This document shows, piece by piece, positions 39,840 through 49,039 of a stretch of 64,000 nt of DNA. The position numbers were made by a program, and so were the translations under genes. This DNA comes from an uncultured virus (IMG/VR IMGVR_UViG_3300010296_000006). Taxonomy: Duplodnaviria > Heunggongvirae > Uroviricota > Caudoviricetes. The stretch lies in the IMG/VR virus record IMGVR_UViG_3300010296_000006. The stretch is one strand, 5' to 3'. Numbering within the stretch: position 1 is the first letter of the stretch; each line of letters begins with the position of its first letter. The notes below the pieces were generated by a model. That model was given only the letters and a program-made list of their open reading frames with translations. It had not been told where the DNA came from and did not search any database.

Positions 39840-40901
39840 TTAACTTTTTAAAAACTCCATTAGTGGTTCATAACTATTTACACATTCCAAATAAGTTTGC
39901 AACTGTTTGTGAACATCTGTATTATTTTTACAAAAACTTTCAAAGCCTTCTGGAACAAACCGTTTAGTTTTTAAATGGTCTAAATAAACTTCAAAGTTAT
40001 ACTCAGCAATATCTTTAGTAACATTATATAATTCGTGTTTATCTATCAAACAAAGATCACGTACTTGTTTTATAAACATATCACATCTTTTTTCATCGTG
40101 TATTTCTTTATCAAACTTATAATCAATAATATTATCAAAAAGTTTAAATCCTATATTGTTTAAATACATATTAGAATATGGTGCTCCCCATATTAAAAAA
40201 GGCCGTTGATGGTATATTGCTTTATAAGTTTTTTCAGTTATAAACAAACAGTCTAAATTGCTTTCACTGATAACACTGAAAACACTATTAGCAAACTCAT
40301 TAGGCGGTACAAATATATCACACATTCCGTTACTTTGATGAAACTTTTTGTCAAAATTAAGATTTTTTGGCTCCCAATATTTAAAATCCCATAAAGATTG
40401 GTAATCTTCATAATCAAACTCATGCCAACTTATATAACCATAGTCAAATAAACCTTCACCATACAACTTGTCTATAAACATACTCCTCCACCAATGAGGT
40501 CTGCCGTTTAGGCTTACAAAATGTTTATCAAGTTTTGTTGGATCAGGTTTGATAGGATATACACCATGCTTGTTTCTAAATGCAAGTCTATGTGCAAAAT
40601 AATTCTCCCAATGTTTTATATCAAAATCAATGTGTTTATATCTAAAGTTTAAACGTTTATCAGTACATGCTCCATAGTAAGATGTAACTTTTATATTTTT
40701 TAGTTTTGCATACTCTAATGTTTTGTAAACTGCCGACGAAGAGCCTCCTAAAAGAACAGGTTCCCATTCTTCAGGAGCAATAATAATAATTTCTTTTGTT
40801 TGTGGATTATCAATACATTTCATTACTTGTTCAGGTGTATTAGGTCCCCAAGCATAAAAAACATGTGTTCCATTATTTTGATGGTATTTTAACTCATACA
40901 T
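39840..40901 (-). CDS. Putative glycosyltransferase-like protein (paralog of 37818); start revised to ATG 40901
   Basis: SLNGRPHWWR; FSVISES...FITEKTYKAI...PFLIWG...GFKLF. Confidence 0.5.
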   Translation of the reverse strand: MYELKYHQNNGTHVFYAWGPNTPEQVMKCIDNPQTKEIIIIAPEEWEPVLLGGSSSAVYKTLEYAKLKNIKVTSYYGACTDKRLNFRYKHIDFDIKHWENYFAHRLAFRNKHGVYPIKPDPTKLDKHFVSLNGRPHWWRSMFIDKLYGEGLFDYGYISWHEFDYEDYQSLWDFKYWEPKNLNFDKKFHQSNGMCDIFVPPNEFANSVFSVISESNLDCLFITEKTYKAIYHQRPFLIWGAPYSNMYLNNIGFKLFDNIIDYKFDKEIHDEKRCDMFIKQVRDLCLIDKHELYNVTKDIAEYNFEVYLDHLKTKRFVPEGFESFCKNNTDVHKQLQTYLECVNSYEPLMEFLKS

Positions 40902-40912
40902 AAATATACTTA
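40901..40912. promoter_or_regulatory. Minimal bidirectional late-promoter-like element
   Basis: TAAATA (+, 40901-40906) and TAAGTA (-, 40907-40912), each 5 nt from the ATG of its gene. Confidence 0.55.
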
Positions 40913-41514
40913 TGTTTGAAATAGTTAATGAGTTTGAAAATGCGATTGCAGACTTTTTTGGAGCGCCGTGTGCAGTAAGCACAGACTGTTGTACTCATGC
41001 TATAGAGTTATGTTTACGGTATAAAAAAATCAAAAAAACCACTGTTCCAAACCATACATACCTAAGTATTCCTTTAACTCTTAAAAAACTAGATATAAGT
41101 TTTAGTTTTAACAGAGAGCAATGGACTGAGTATTATAAACTATCAAACACTAATATTATTGATGCTGCTACACTTTGGAGGCAAAATAGTTATATTCCTG
41201 GCACACTTATGTGTATAAGTTTTCAATACAAAAAACATTTAAGTTTAGGTAGAGCAGGCATGATATTATGCGATAATGTAGTAGATTGTGCGAACTTATT
41301 AAAAATGGGATATGACGGTAGACACAGAAATGCTCCTTGGCCTGAACAAAAAATAACTAGTATGGGATACCATTACTACTTAACTCCAGAAACTGCACAA
41401 CTTGGGTTAGACAAACTGCCAGATGCTATACAACGTACTCCAAAAATTTGGTCTTGGAAAGATTATCCTGATATATCAAATAACTATATCTTCAAGGATA
41501 TACCTGTTTCTTGA
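40912..41514 (+). CDS. DegT/DnrJ/EryC1/StrS-family PLP aminotransferase, short form
   Basis: FENAIADFFG...AVSTDCCTHAIEL; IIDAA; SFQYKKHL..GRAGMI; GYHY. Confidence 0.78.
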   Translation: MFEIVNEFENAIADFFGAPCAVSTDCCTHAIELCLRYKKIKKTTVPNHTYLSIPLTLKKLDISFSFNREQWTEYYKLSNTNIIDAATLWRQNSYIPGTLMCISFQYKKHLSLGRAGMILCDNVVDCANLLKMGYDGRHRNAPWPEQKITSMGYHYYLTPETAQLGLDKLPDAIQRTPKIWSWKDYPDISNNYIFKDIPVS

Positions 41515-42285
41515 ATATTTTTTTAAATCTTTGAAGTCAGATCTCAAATACAAGTTGTTATGTATATAATTATAAACTGGGTCAAGATTTGTTACTATAT
41601 CATTTTCTATAACAAAATCTTCAATCATGTTTGAAAATAAAGTAAATCTGTCAAGTGTTTTTTCTCTTATTTTCCATCCCAGTGACGGATAAATCCAATC
41701 TTTGACTTTTTGCATATGGCCTTTTATATCAGGATGACTATCTTGTAATTTTCCAAACGGTAAGTTAGTTTCAAACATATGCCAACTGATTTCTGGAAGT
41801 TCTTTTTCATAAAAATGCTTTAACATGTCCCATTGTTCAGAATGATCAAAAAATATAGCTGCCTCATTTGTATAAGGTGTAAAGCTGTGTCCTTGCCATA
41901 TAATATTATCTTTATACAGTTTATTTACATATATAATTGACGTCATATTTTTAACTAAATCGTTTTGCATACTCCAATGATTTGTTAGCCATGTTCTATT
42001 ATTGTAAGGACTACCTGTGTTAAAAACACTTCCATGAGCTTTCCACATTCCATTGTCAAATCTATCCTCACGACTAAAACTACTCCACAATATCATTATT
42101 TTATCGTCTGGTGTAAACTTGTGTTTTATATCAGCTTCGAGTATTCTGTGTTGTATTCCTACATTACCTAAGCCTGCTAAACCAAAATTGTAAAGTTCTA
42201 ACTCTTTATCATATGCAATAATGTTTGCCCATGTTGGCCACATGTAACTTGTAAAACTACAACCAAAAGTGAATAATCTACTCAT
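41476..42285 (-). CDS. SGNH-like protein
   Basis: TFGCSFT; NFGLAGLGN; WSSFSRED; DSHP. Confidence 0.5.
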   Translation of the reverse strand: MSRLFTFGCSFTSYMWPTWANIIAYDKELELYNFGLAGLGNVGIQHRILEADIKHKFTPDDKIMILWSSFSREDRFDNGMWKAHGSVFNTGSPYNNRTWLTNHWSMQNDLVKNMTSIIYVNKLYKDNIIWQGHSFTPYTNEAAIFFDHSEQWDMLKHFYEKELPEISWHMFETNLPFGKLQDSHPDIKGHMQKVKDWIYPSLGWKIREKTLDRFTLFSNMIEDFVIENDIVTNLDPVYNYIHNNLYLRSDFKDLKKYSRNRYILEDIVI

Positions 42286-42305
42286 ATAATGTCCTTAAAT
42301 ATAGT

Positions 42306-43313
42306 ATGAATATTTATAGCTCAAATGAATGGGATCCATTAAAGAAGGTTTTAGTTGGCGTTGCAGACTACTGCCGTATTCCTGAAATGGACAAAAGTCT
42401 ACGTTGTATAAACTATGCAGATAGACAGGATGTAAGTGATGTAAAGGCTGGTCTATATCCTGATCAAGTTGTTGAAGAAAGCAACGAAGATTTAGATAAG
42501 TTTGTTGCTTTTCTCGAAGGCGAAGGCGTTGAAGTTGTTAGACCTAAACGTACACCTGATGTTGAATACTACAACTATTGTCCTCGTGATACTGTATTTG
42601 TTCATAAAAAAGGATTTCTTGCAACGCCGATGAGTTTGCGAGCAAGAAGGAGAGAGTTTCATCATATGCTACCCCACATTGGAGGCGTAGAACTAAGCCC
42701 TCAATATAATAATGACGACCTCTACGATGAAACTTGTGTTGGCGATCCTGATCGACTAGCACTTACTGAAGTAGCGCCTTGCTTTGATGCTGCTAATGCT
42801 ATTCGTGCAAATGATGACATTTTGTATCTAGTAAGTAATAGCGGAAACAAAGCAGGTGCTGCCTATTTAGATCAATGGCTCAATAAGCCTAGATATGATT
42901 TTCAAGAATGGGGTGATAAAAAAGTACATACACTTGAAAATGTTTACAGTTATATGCACATTGATAGCACTATTGCATTTTTACGTGAAGGACTATTACT
43001 AGCTAATCCAAGTAGAATTAAAAGTAAAGATGTTTTGCCTGGTCCGTTCAAGGATTGGGATATTATTTGGGCGCCGGATCCTGTTGATGCAGGACATTAT
43101 CCAGGGCTATGCAACAGTAGTATTTGGACTTGGAATGTAAACTTGTTTAGTGTTAATCCTAATCTAGTTGTATTAGAAGAACATCAAGATCCTACACGTA
43201 AAGCACTAGAAGCACACGGTATTGAGTGTGCTATGTTGCCATTGCGTCACGCACGTACATTAGGCGGTTGTTTCCATTGCTGCACACTAGATCTTATGCG
43301 TGAAATCGGGTAA
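42306..43313 (+). CDS. Amidinotransferase (glycine/inosamine-phosphate amidinotransferase family)
   Basis: NEWDPLKKVLVG; YCPRD; FDAAN; HIDSTI; GGCFHCCTLD (catalytic Asp/His/Cys motifs). Confidence 0.88.
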   Translation: MNIYSSNEWDPLKKVLVGVADYCRIPEMDKSLRCINYADRQDVSDVKAGLYPDQVVEESNEDLDKFVAFLEGEGVEVVRPKRTPDVEYYNYCPRDTVFVHKKGFLATPMSLRARRREFHHMLPHIGGVELSPQYNNDDLYDETCVGDPDRLALTEVAPCFDAANAIRANDDILYLVSNSGNKAGAAYLDQWLNKPRYDFQEWGDKKVHTLENVYSYMHIDSTIAFLREGLLLANPSRIKSKDVLPGPFKDWDIIWAPDPVDAGHYPGLCNSSIWTWNVNLFSVNPNLVVLEEHQDPTRKALEAHGIECAMLPLRHARTLGGCFHCCTLDLMREIG

Positions 43314-44075
43314 CGAAAGCAAGCCTTTTAACTTTTCTACAGTTTCTTGATGCCATTCTTTTCCGTCATGCATCATGTCTCTTGCTTTCATAGATCCATT
43401 TTTACATCTAATAACCCATAATCTATATGGACTATTTAATATACGTTCATGATCCATTTCCCATGAAAAATTTAAAACAGGAACATTCATGCTTTTCCAC
43501 AATAAGTTAAAATGATCAAACCATAATCTATTAGCAAAATGTAGCTCACCGTAGTCCATGATATATCTTTTTCTATACCAAGTTCCGTCTATATCTCTCG
43601 ATTCTGCACGATCAGTGAACCGATAATCATTGTTATTGTGATAGATAAAACTTTTGCGTGTATGTGCTGGCCATTGTACTATAACAATTTTAGGAATAGG
43701 AAAGTTATTTTTAATCCATTGTGATGCTTGATAGCACTGAATATCACAACCGGTACCTTGATTTGCTGCATTATACACATCGGTTTCTAAATATTTTGAT
43801 ATTTTCCAAGACCAAGTTTGATCGTGGTGTAATCCTACACCTTCGGTATAACTACATCCAAATGTTAAAACAAAATCATGAGACAAATCGGCAACCGATT
43901 TTGTTCTGTGTCCATATTCGTTAAATTTATATTCAATATTTACACCAGCCCATTCCCAACTAGGATTTCGTTTACATTCTCTGTAATAATCGTCTTGTTC
44001 TCGTTGAGACATAAACTTCATAGTTTTGTTTATTCTTTCTGGATTAATAAGTAAACCGTTATCGTGTAACTCCAT
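43287..44075 (-). CDS. SGNH-like protein
   Basis: YKFNEYGHR; TFGCSYTEGVG; YNAANQG; RDMMH. Confidence 0.5.
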   Translation of the reverse strand: MELHDNGLLINPERINKTMKFMSQREQDDYYRECKRNPSWEWAGVNIEYKFNEYGHRTKSVADLSHDFVLTFGCSYTEGVGLHHDQTWSWKISKYLETDVYNAANQGTGCDIQCYQASQWIKNNFPIPKIVIVQWPAHTRKSFIYHNNNDYRFTDRAESRDIDGTWYRKRYIMDYGELHFANRLWFDHFNLLWKSMNVPVLNFSWEMDHERILNSPYRLWVIRCKNGSMKARDMMHDGKEWHQETVEKLKGLLSLPDFTHKI

Positions 44076-44126
44076 TTGATGTTCCTATAAATATCTAATA
44101 TATTTAATGTTAAAGGACTTTATATT

Positions 44127-45458
44127 TTGACAAACTGGTTTATGGGCATCTATTTTAGACCAAAAAATAATCTTTTACCCGAACTTATATCAGAAACAGG
44201 CACAAGAAGACCTATGACAGATATCAGTACCATAGATCAACTTGTTGATTTAATCAGAGAATCTAATATTACTGATTCTACTCATCCTATTGCAGTGTTT
44301 AATGGCACTCATACTATAGATCATTTAGATAGTTTATTGATTTCAGAACAACACAAAAAGATTTTGCAAGAAAAAACAATCGGATTTTATTTTTATGAAC
44401 CTTTGACACATTACAAATATAATCCTAATGGACATAAACAACCACACATTTTAAAAATAGATAACGCACCCGAAGAACTTAAAGACATTAGAGCATATGA
44501 ACTAGATAGTCTAAACGAATGGGCAACTAAACACAATTTTAACAACGTAAATGTTTATTGTACAGATTACAAATGTTGGGAGTATTATCAACCTAAATAT
44601 CCTAATATAAAACTACTATCTATGGACTTATTTGTAGAATGGTGGACATGTCATGTTAAGTTAAGAGATAGAAAAAACTTTATACAAAATCGAGAAGAAA
44701 TGCCTCCGGAGTTTTTTCCTGAAAAAATAGTAAAAAAGTTTTGGAGTGGAGCATGGAGATATGATCCAAGCAGACATTTTATCACAGCATTTTTAGCAGG
44801 CAAAAATATGCTAGATACAAATCATGTTAGTTTTTATTATGGCATGTCAAACGAGGATATGAAAAGAAGAATGTGGTTTCCTTGGAAAGAGTTTGAGTTA
44901 CGACATCCTGCACTGTCTAATATTTTACTCGAAGGTAATACAATTTTACAAGAAAAAGTTCCTTTAAGTTTTGCAGTTAACAATCCTGCTAAAAAAGGAG
45001 CAAATGATAGTATTGAGCCTGAGGATAGTGGCTTAAACGCAAGAACTACGCACGATCCAACAGATACCTATTTTGAAAGTTTTTGTGCTATTGTTCAAGA
45101 AAGCAGAGTTACACAACCGTGGCCTAACATTAGCGAAAAAACTCTAAACGCAATAAAAAGTTATAGACCGTTTTTACTTTGTGGAGCACCTGGTGTTTTA
45201 CAAATGCTAAAAGACATGGGCTTTAAAACATTTGACAAATACTGGCCAGAAGATTATGACGATATAATATCAAATAAAGATAGACTTGCACGTATTTGCG
45301 AAATAATAGAATACATTGATAGTTTTACAATAGAAGAAATGAAACTAATGTATCAAGACATGGAAGAGATCCTTATACACAATCATAACAACATAAAGTC
45401 AATACCAAACTTTTATGTTAAAATAAATGAACAACTAGGTGAAATAATCATTGAATAG
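44127..45458 (+). CDS. Putative glycosyltransferase-like protein (third paralog); true start may be ATG 44142
   Basis: FCAIVQES...ISEKTLNAI...PFLLCG...GFKTF...EDYD. Confidence 0.5.
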   Translation: MTNWFMGIYFRPKNNLLPELISETGTRRPMTDISTIDQLVDLIRESNITDSTHPIAVFNGTHTIDHLDSLLISEQHKKILQEKTIGFYFYEPLTHYKYNPNGHKQPHILKIDNAPEELKDIRAYELDSLNEWATKHNFNNVNVYCTDYKCWEYYQPKYPNIKLLSMDLFVEWWTCHVKLRDRKNFIQNREEMPPEFFPEKIVKKFWSGAWRYDPSRHFITAFLAGKNMLDTNHVSFYYGMSNEDMKRRMWFPWKEFELRHPALSNILLEGNTILQEKVPLSFAVNNPAKKGANDSIEPEDSGLNARTTHDPTDTYFESFCAIVQESRVTQPWPNISEKTLNAIKSYRPFLLCGAPGVLQMLKDMGFKTFDKYWPEDYDDIISNKDRLARICEIIEYIDSFTIEEMKLMYQDMEEILIHNHNNIKSIPNFYVKINEQLGEIIIE

Positions 45459-46193
45459 TTTATCTGCCCAATATTCGTGTGCATCTTCTTTATGATGCCA
45501 AAATTTTTGTCCAGATATATCAAAGCCTTTATCTTTACAATGTTCCCAAAAACTTTCTTCTGGGTTATCAAAGTTTTTAAACCTATTTCTATCTATTTTA
45601 TTTCTGTAAAACTGATATCTACCTCCGTTTTTACATGCTTGAAATGCATTTGCAAAAATAAAGGGCGCTTCTATATTTTTGATAATAGTTTGTGTTTGTA
45701 TAATATTTAAATATCTTTTTACATACCAATGAGTACTACTGTAAAATAAATGTTTCCTTAATACCTTTTGATTATTATCAAACTTTTTTGGAAACAGTTT
45801 ACTAGAATGATCATGATGTACATGTCCAGCCTGTTTATCTGGAACATAATCTACAAAATCGTATACATCATTTAAACTATCATCAGGTGTATCATAAAAC
45901 ATTTCTGTTCTATGTTCACCTGTCCAATGTATTAAAAACAAGGTATTTTTTGCACGTCGAGGATTATCTAGTATATAAAATAAAGTTGTTCTAGCTATGT
46001 AATCATTACTAGCACCAGGTACACTTAAATCTGTTTTATCTACACCTAATCTATTTGCTAGTTTAGCACCAAAAGATCGTTTTCTGTTTTCAGGATGGTC
46101 TCCTAATCCACTTCTAAAAATTTCACTTCCGGCTGCATGACTACAACCATTGATTAATATGTTTGTAAATTTGTAGTCAGACAAACTGGCCAT
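45435..46193 (-). CDS. SGNH-like protein
   Basis: INGCSHAAG; LSVPGASN; HWT...RTE; C-terminal HH...AH..WA. Confidence 0.48.
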   Translation of the reverse strand: MASLSDYKFTNILINGCSHAAGSEIFRSGLGDHPENRKRSFGAKLANRLGVDKTDLSVPGASNDYIARTTLFYILDNPRRAKNTLFLIHWTGEHRTEMFYDTPDDSLNDVYDFVDYVPDKQAGHVHHDHSSKLFPKKFDNNQKVLRKHLFYSSTHWYVKRYLNIIQTQTIIKNIEAPFIFANAFQACKNGGRYQFYRNKIDRNRFKNFDNPEESFWEHCKDKGFDISGQKFWHHKEDAHEYWADKLFNDYFT

Positions 46194-46804
46194 TCTCCTC
46201 TATTATTTTTAATAACTTCAATATACATATCTTTGAGATTTACTAATCCGTCAGTTGTATGTCTTTCATAATAAAACTTGTTGATATTACCTAAAATAAC
46301 TTCAATTTTATCCATGTGGATATAAGGAGAGTTTAAACTAGCACATGCATAAAAATCATGTATGCGTACATTATCATTATCATCTAAATATGCATTATGA
46401 GGATAAAAGTTCATTTTAATCATATTATGTTTTTCTAATGCATCGAGAACATCATTTACTTTATTTGTGTAATCATTCTTCCATTTGGCTTTTTCTATTA
46501 AATGATTTAAACTTGTATCATACCATTTGAAAAATATCAGTTGTTTCTTTTTATCGATATCAATAATCTCTGGAGCAAACTTTTCTTTTTGAACATGCTC
46601 TAGCCATTTGCATTCATTTTCAAAAAAGAAATCGATATGTGCTTGGGTATATCCTGCTCTATCAAAAAAGTATCTGCGATCATATTGATATTGCATACAA
46701 AATATGCTTTTATTTGGACTAATGCGAGGAACATAAACAATGTTAGGACGTACCATTCCTCTGTTTTGATACTTATAAAATATTTGCCATTCTTCTATAT
46801 TCAT
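46154..46804 (-). CDS. Kinase-like-fold protein
   Basis: ENECKWL...FAPEII; KMNFYPHNAYL...VRIHDF resembles the catalytic-loop and DFG regions. Confidence 0.45.
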   Translation of the reverse strand: MNIEEWQIFYKYQNRGMVRPNIVYVPRISPNKSIFCMQYQYDRRYFFDRAGYTQAHIDFFFENECKWLEHVQKEKFAPEIIDIDKKKQLIFFKWYDTSLNHLIEKAKWKNDYTNKVNDVLDALEKHNMIKMNFYPHNAYLDDNDNVRIHDFYACASLNSPYIHMDKIEVILGNINKFYYERHTTDGLVNLKDMYIEVIKNNRGEWPVCLTTNLQTY

Positions 46805-47763
46805 AATCGTTCTTTTGGTATAATAATATCAGTTCCGCAATGACAATGCTCTTTACTACATATAACAGGTCTTGTAGTAAATTGCAAGTCTTTATCTAAA
46901 ATATTTCCATGATTTCTTCCAACACCGCAACTTGCACTTGATATTTCTCCTCTTGGATTAATAAAAAGAGCATCATCTACAAAACATTTCCAGCCTTTAA
47001 AAAAGTTTTGTCGGGCAGCAATAATCTTGTTACTGTTAATAGGTTCAATAGTATCAGTATAATGTGCCATGCTTACAGCTTTGTTTGGATTGTAAGGCTT
47101 GGGAAGTTTTTCAACAGTTTCAAACTGTGCTTCTTCTAAAAACTTTACTTTTTCAGGATCACTGTACTCCCAAGGTCCTGCATTCACACTCATTTCATCA
47201 AACAGAGGTGTCCATTCTAAGTTATAGTTTGGTACTTCTTCTCTTACCCGATTTCCAAACTCAACAATCTCCCAAAAGCGTTCTTCGTGCATCAGCATTT
47301 TTGTACACAAATAGTTTACTTTGTCGCACAAAAACTTTGCGTTTTCAATATACCTTTCTTTCTTACTAAACTCTACATGAAAACTTGCAACAATGTCATT
47401 AAACAAATGATAATGTTGCTCCCAATATTTTTTTGGTCTACTAAGATTTGTGTTTACACTAACTGTTAAACTATCACCTAACCAATCTTTTAGGTATTCT
47501 GTAAGAGGAATAAAGTTTTCCCAATGTGTTGGTTCTCCTCCGCTGTAGAATATTTTAAAATATTTGTATCCTTTGTCTTGGTAAGTTTTAAAAATCTTTG
47601 TTACATTTTCAATATATTGATCTAGGTTACCATTATTTCTAACATCTCCTGCCCAGTTACCTGGATTGCAATAAGTACACTGAAAGTTACAAAAGTTGTT
47701 TACTTGCCAAGTAATACAAGCATACGGTTCTGCCATAGGTGTAATTTTTAGTAACTTAGACAT
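46801..47763 (-). CDS. Radical SAM protein (family C)
   Basis: WQVNNFCNFQCTYC; GGEPT; FKGWKC...GNI...CSKEHCHC. Confidence 0.9.
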   Translation of the reverse strand: MSKLLKITPMAEPYACITWQVNNFCNFQCTYCNPGNWAGDVRNNGNLDQYIENVTKIFKTYQDKGYKYFKIFYSGGEPTHWENFIPLTEYLKDWLGDSLTVSVNTNLSRPKKYWEQHYHLFNDIVASFHVEFSKKERYIENAKFLCDKVNYLCTKMLMHEERFWEIVEFGNRVREEVPNYNLEWTPLFDEMSVNAGPWEYSDPEKVKFLEEAQFETVEKLPKPYNPNKAVSMAHYTDTIEPINSNKIIAARQNFFKGWKCFVDDALFINPRGEISSASCGVGRNHGNILDKDLQFTTRPVICSKEHCHCGTDIIIPKERL

Positions 47764-49039
47764 AGTTTCTTAACCATTCCATTTCAGGAAATGTGCTCCA
47801 AAAATCTTCTCCACGATATTGATCTAATCTATGATTATTGTCAAAAAACTGCTTTAGTTTTGATTCATTTAAAGTTCCAGCGTTGAAGAACTGAATAACA
47901 CTATCAATCTTTCCAATAACATCTTTGATTATCTCAGGCTTAGCCATTGCTCGATCTTTAATTTTATCAAATGCCCATGCCTTGTAATCAATATATTTAC
48001 TTCTTAGTTCTTGTTTATAATGCTCAGGTATATAATCAACTCGCATAAAATCTGGACCAGTTAACATGTTAAGTCTGCAATTTTCAATATCAACTAAACC
48101 ACGCTCAACCCAGTCCATGTGAAAGTCTGGCCAGTTCCAAACATTGTACAAACTTATAGTTGGTGTTAATTCGAAATGCACATGTGGTACTTCTTCAATC
48201 ATCTGTAAACGATTACGTTCAATCTGACCCCAATCTGTTCCATGACGACTATATTCTGCTCGTGCGCCGTTGCAATCTAAACTTGCACTAACATGTATAT
48301 CGTTAAACTGCTTCCAATATTCAAGAATACTTTTACGTTTGTACTTAAAATTACTGAAGTTTGTAGTGTAACGTAATGCTACATCAGTTTTATTAGTTTC
48401 TAACCATTTATCTAATATCTTATAATGTTCTTCGGTAATAAGTGCTTCGCCGCCTGCAAAATAAACTTCTTCGCAATCCGGCAAGTATTTTTGTAAATCT
48501 TCCCAAAAGTTATTCTTTTTTGCAATATTAATAATAATCTCGCCATCATTATTAAGTATATTTGCAACTTCATGTTTACCATATAGTTCACCGTGTTCTT
48601 TAGCATGTAGACTGCTAAGTTCAGGACCACAACTACGACACTTCATGTTACAAATATTACTAAATCTTACATCTAAATATACCATACGCATTTCGTCGAT
48701 ACTACCATCGTTGTTAGTTTGCCGCACTAAATCAAAATGTTTATCTCCATACCAATGATTGTGATTTTTACGAAGAGTCCACACATAGGTCCTATCTTCT
48801 AACTCGTAACAACGTCTACAACAATCAAGTCTTTCTCCATTTAGCATAGCAAGACGCAGTTCTTTATATCTATCACTGTTCCACGCTTCTTCGATACTAC
48901 TTTGTTTTAAGTTAGCAAAAGGCTGATCGCTGTCTGCAATACAACAAGGCATAACTCTGCCATCAGGCCAGGCATGCATATGAATCCATGGTAAAATGCA
49001 AAATGCTTTGTTTTCTTTTAATAAATGTTCTTTATCCAT
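47756..49039 (-). CDS. Radical SAM protein (family A)
   Basis: FCILPW...PCC...CRRC; CNMKCRSC; AGGEA. Confidence 0.9.
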   Translation of the reverse strand: MDKEHLLKENKAFCILPWIHMHAWPDGRVMPCCIADSDQPFANLKQSSIEEAWNSDRYKELRLAMLNGERLDCCRRCYELEDRTYVWTLRKNHNHWYGDKHFDLVRQTNNDGSIDEMRMVYLDVRFSNICNMKCRSCGPELSSLHAKEHGELYGKHEVANILNNDGEIIINIAKKNNFWEDLQKYLPDCEEVYFAGGEALITEEHYKILDKWLETNKTDVALRYTTNFSNFKYKRKSILEYWKQFNDIHVSASLDCNGARAEYSRHGTDWGQIERNRLQMIEEVPHVHFELTPTISLYNVWNWPDFHMDWVERGLVDIENCRLNMLTGPDFMRVDYIPEHYKQELRSKYIDYKAWAFDKIKDRAMAKPEIIKDVIGKIDSVIQFFNAGTLNESKLKQFFDNNHRLDQYRGEDFWSTFPEMEWLRNYV

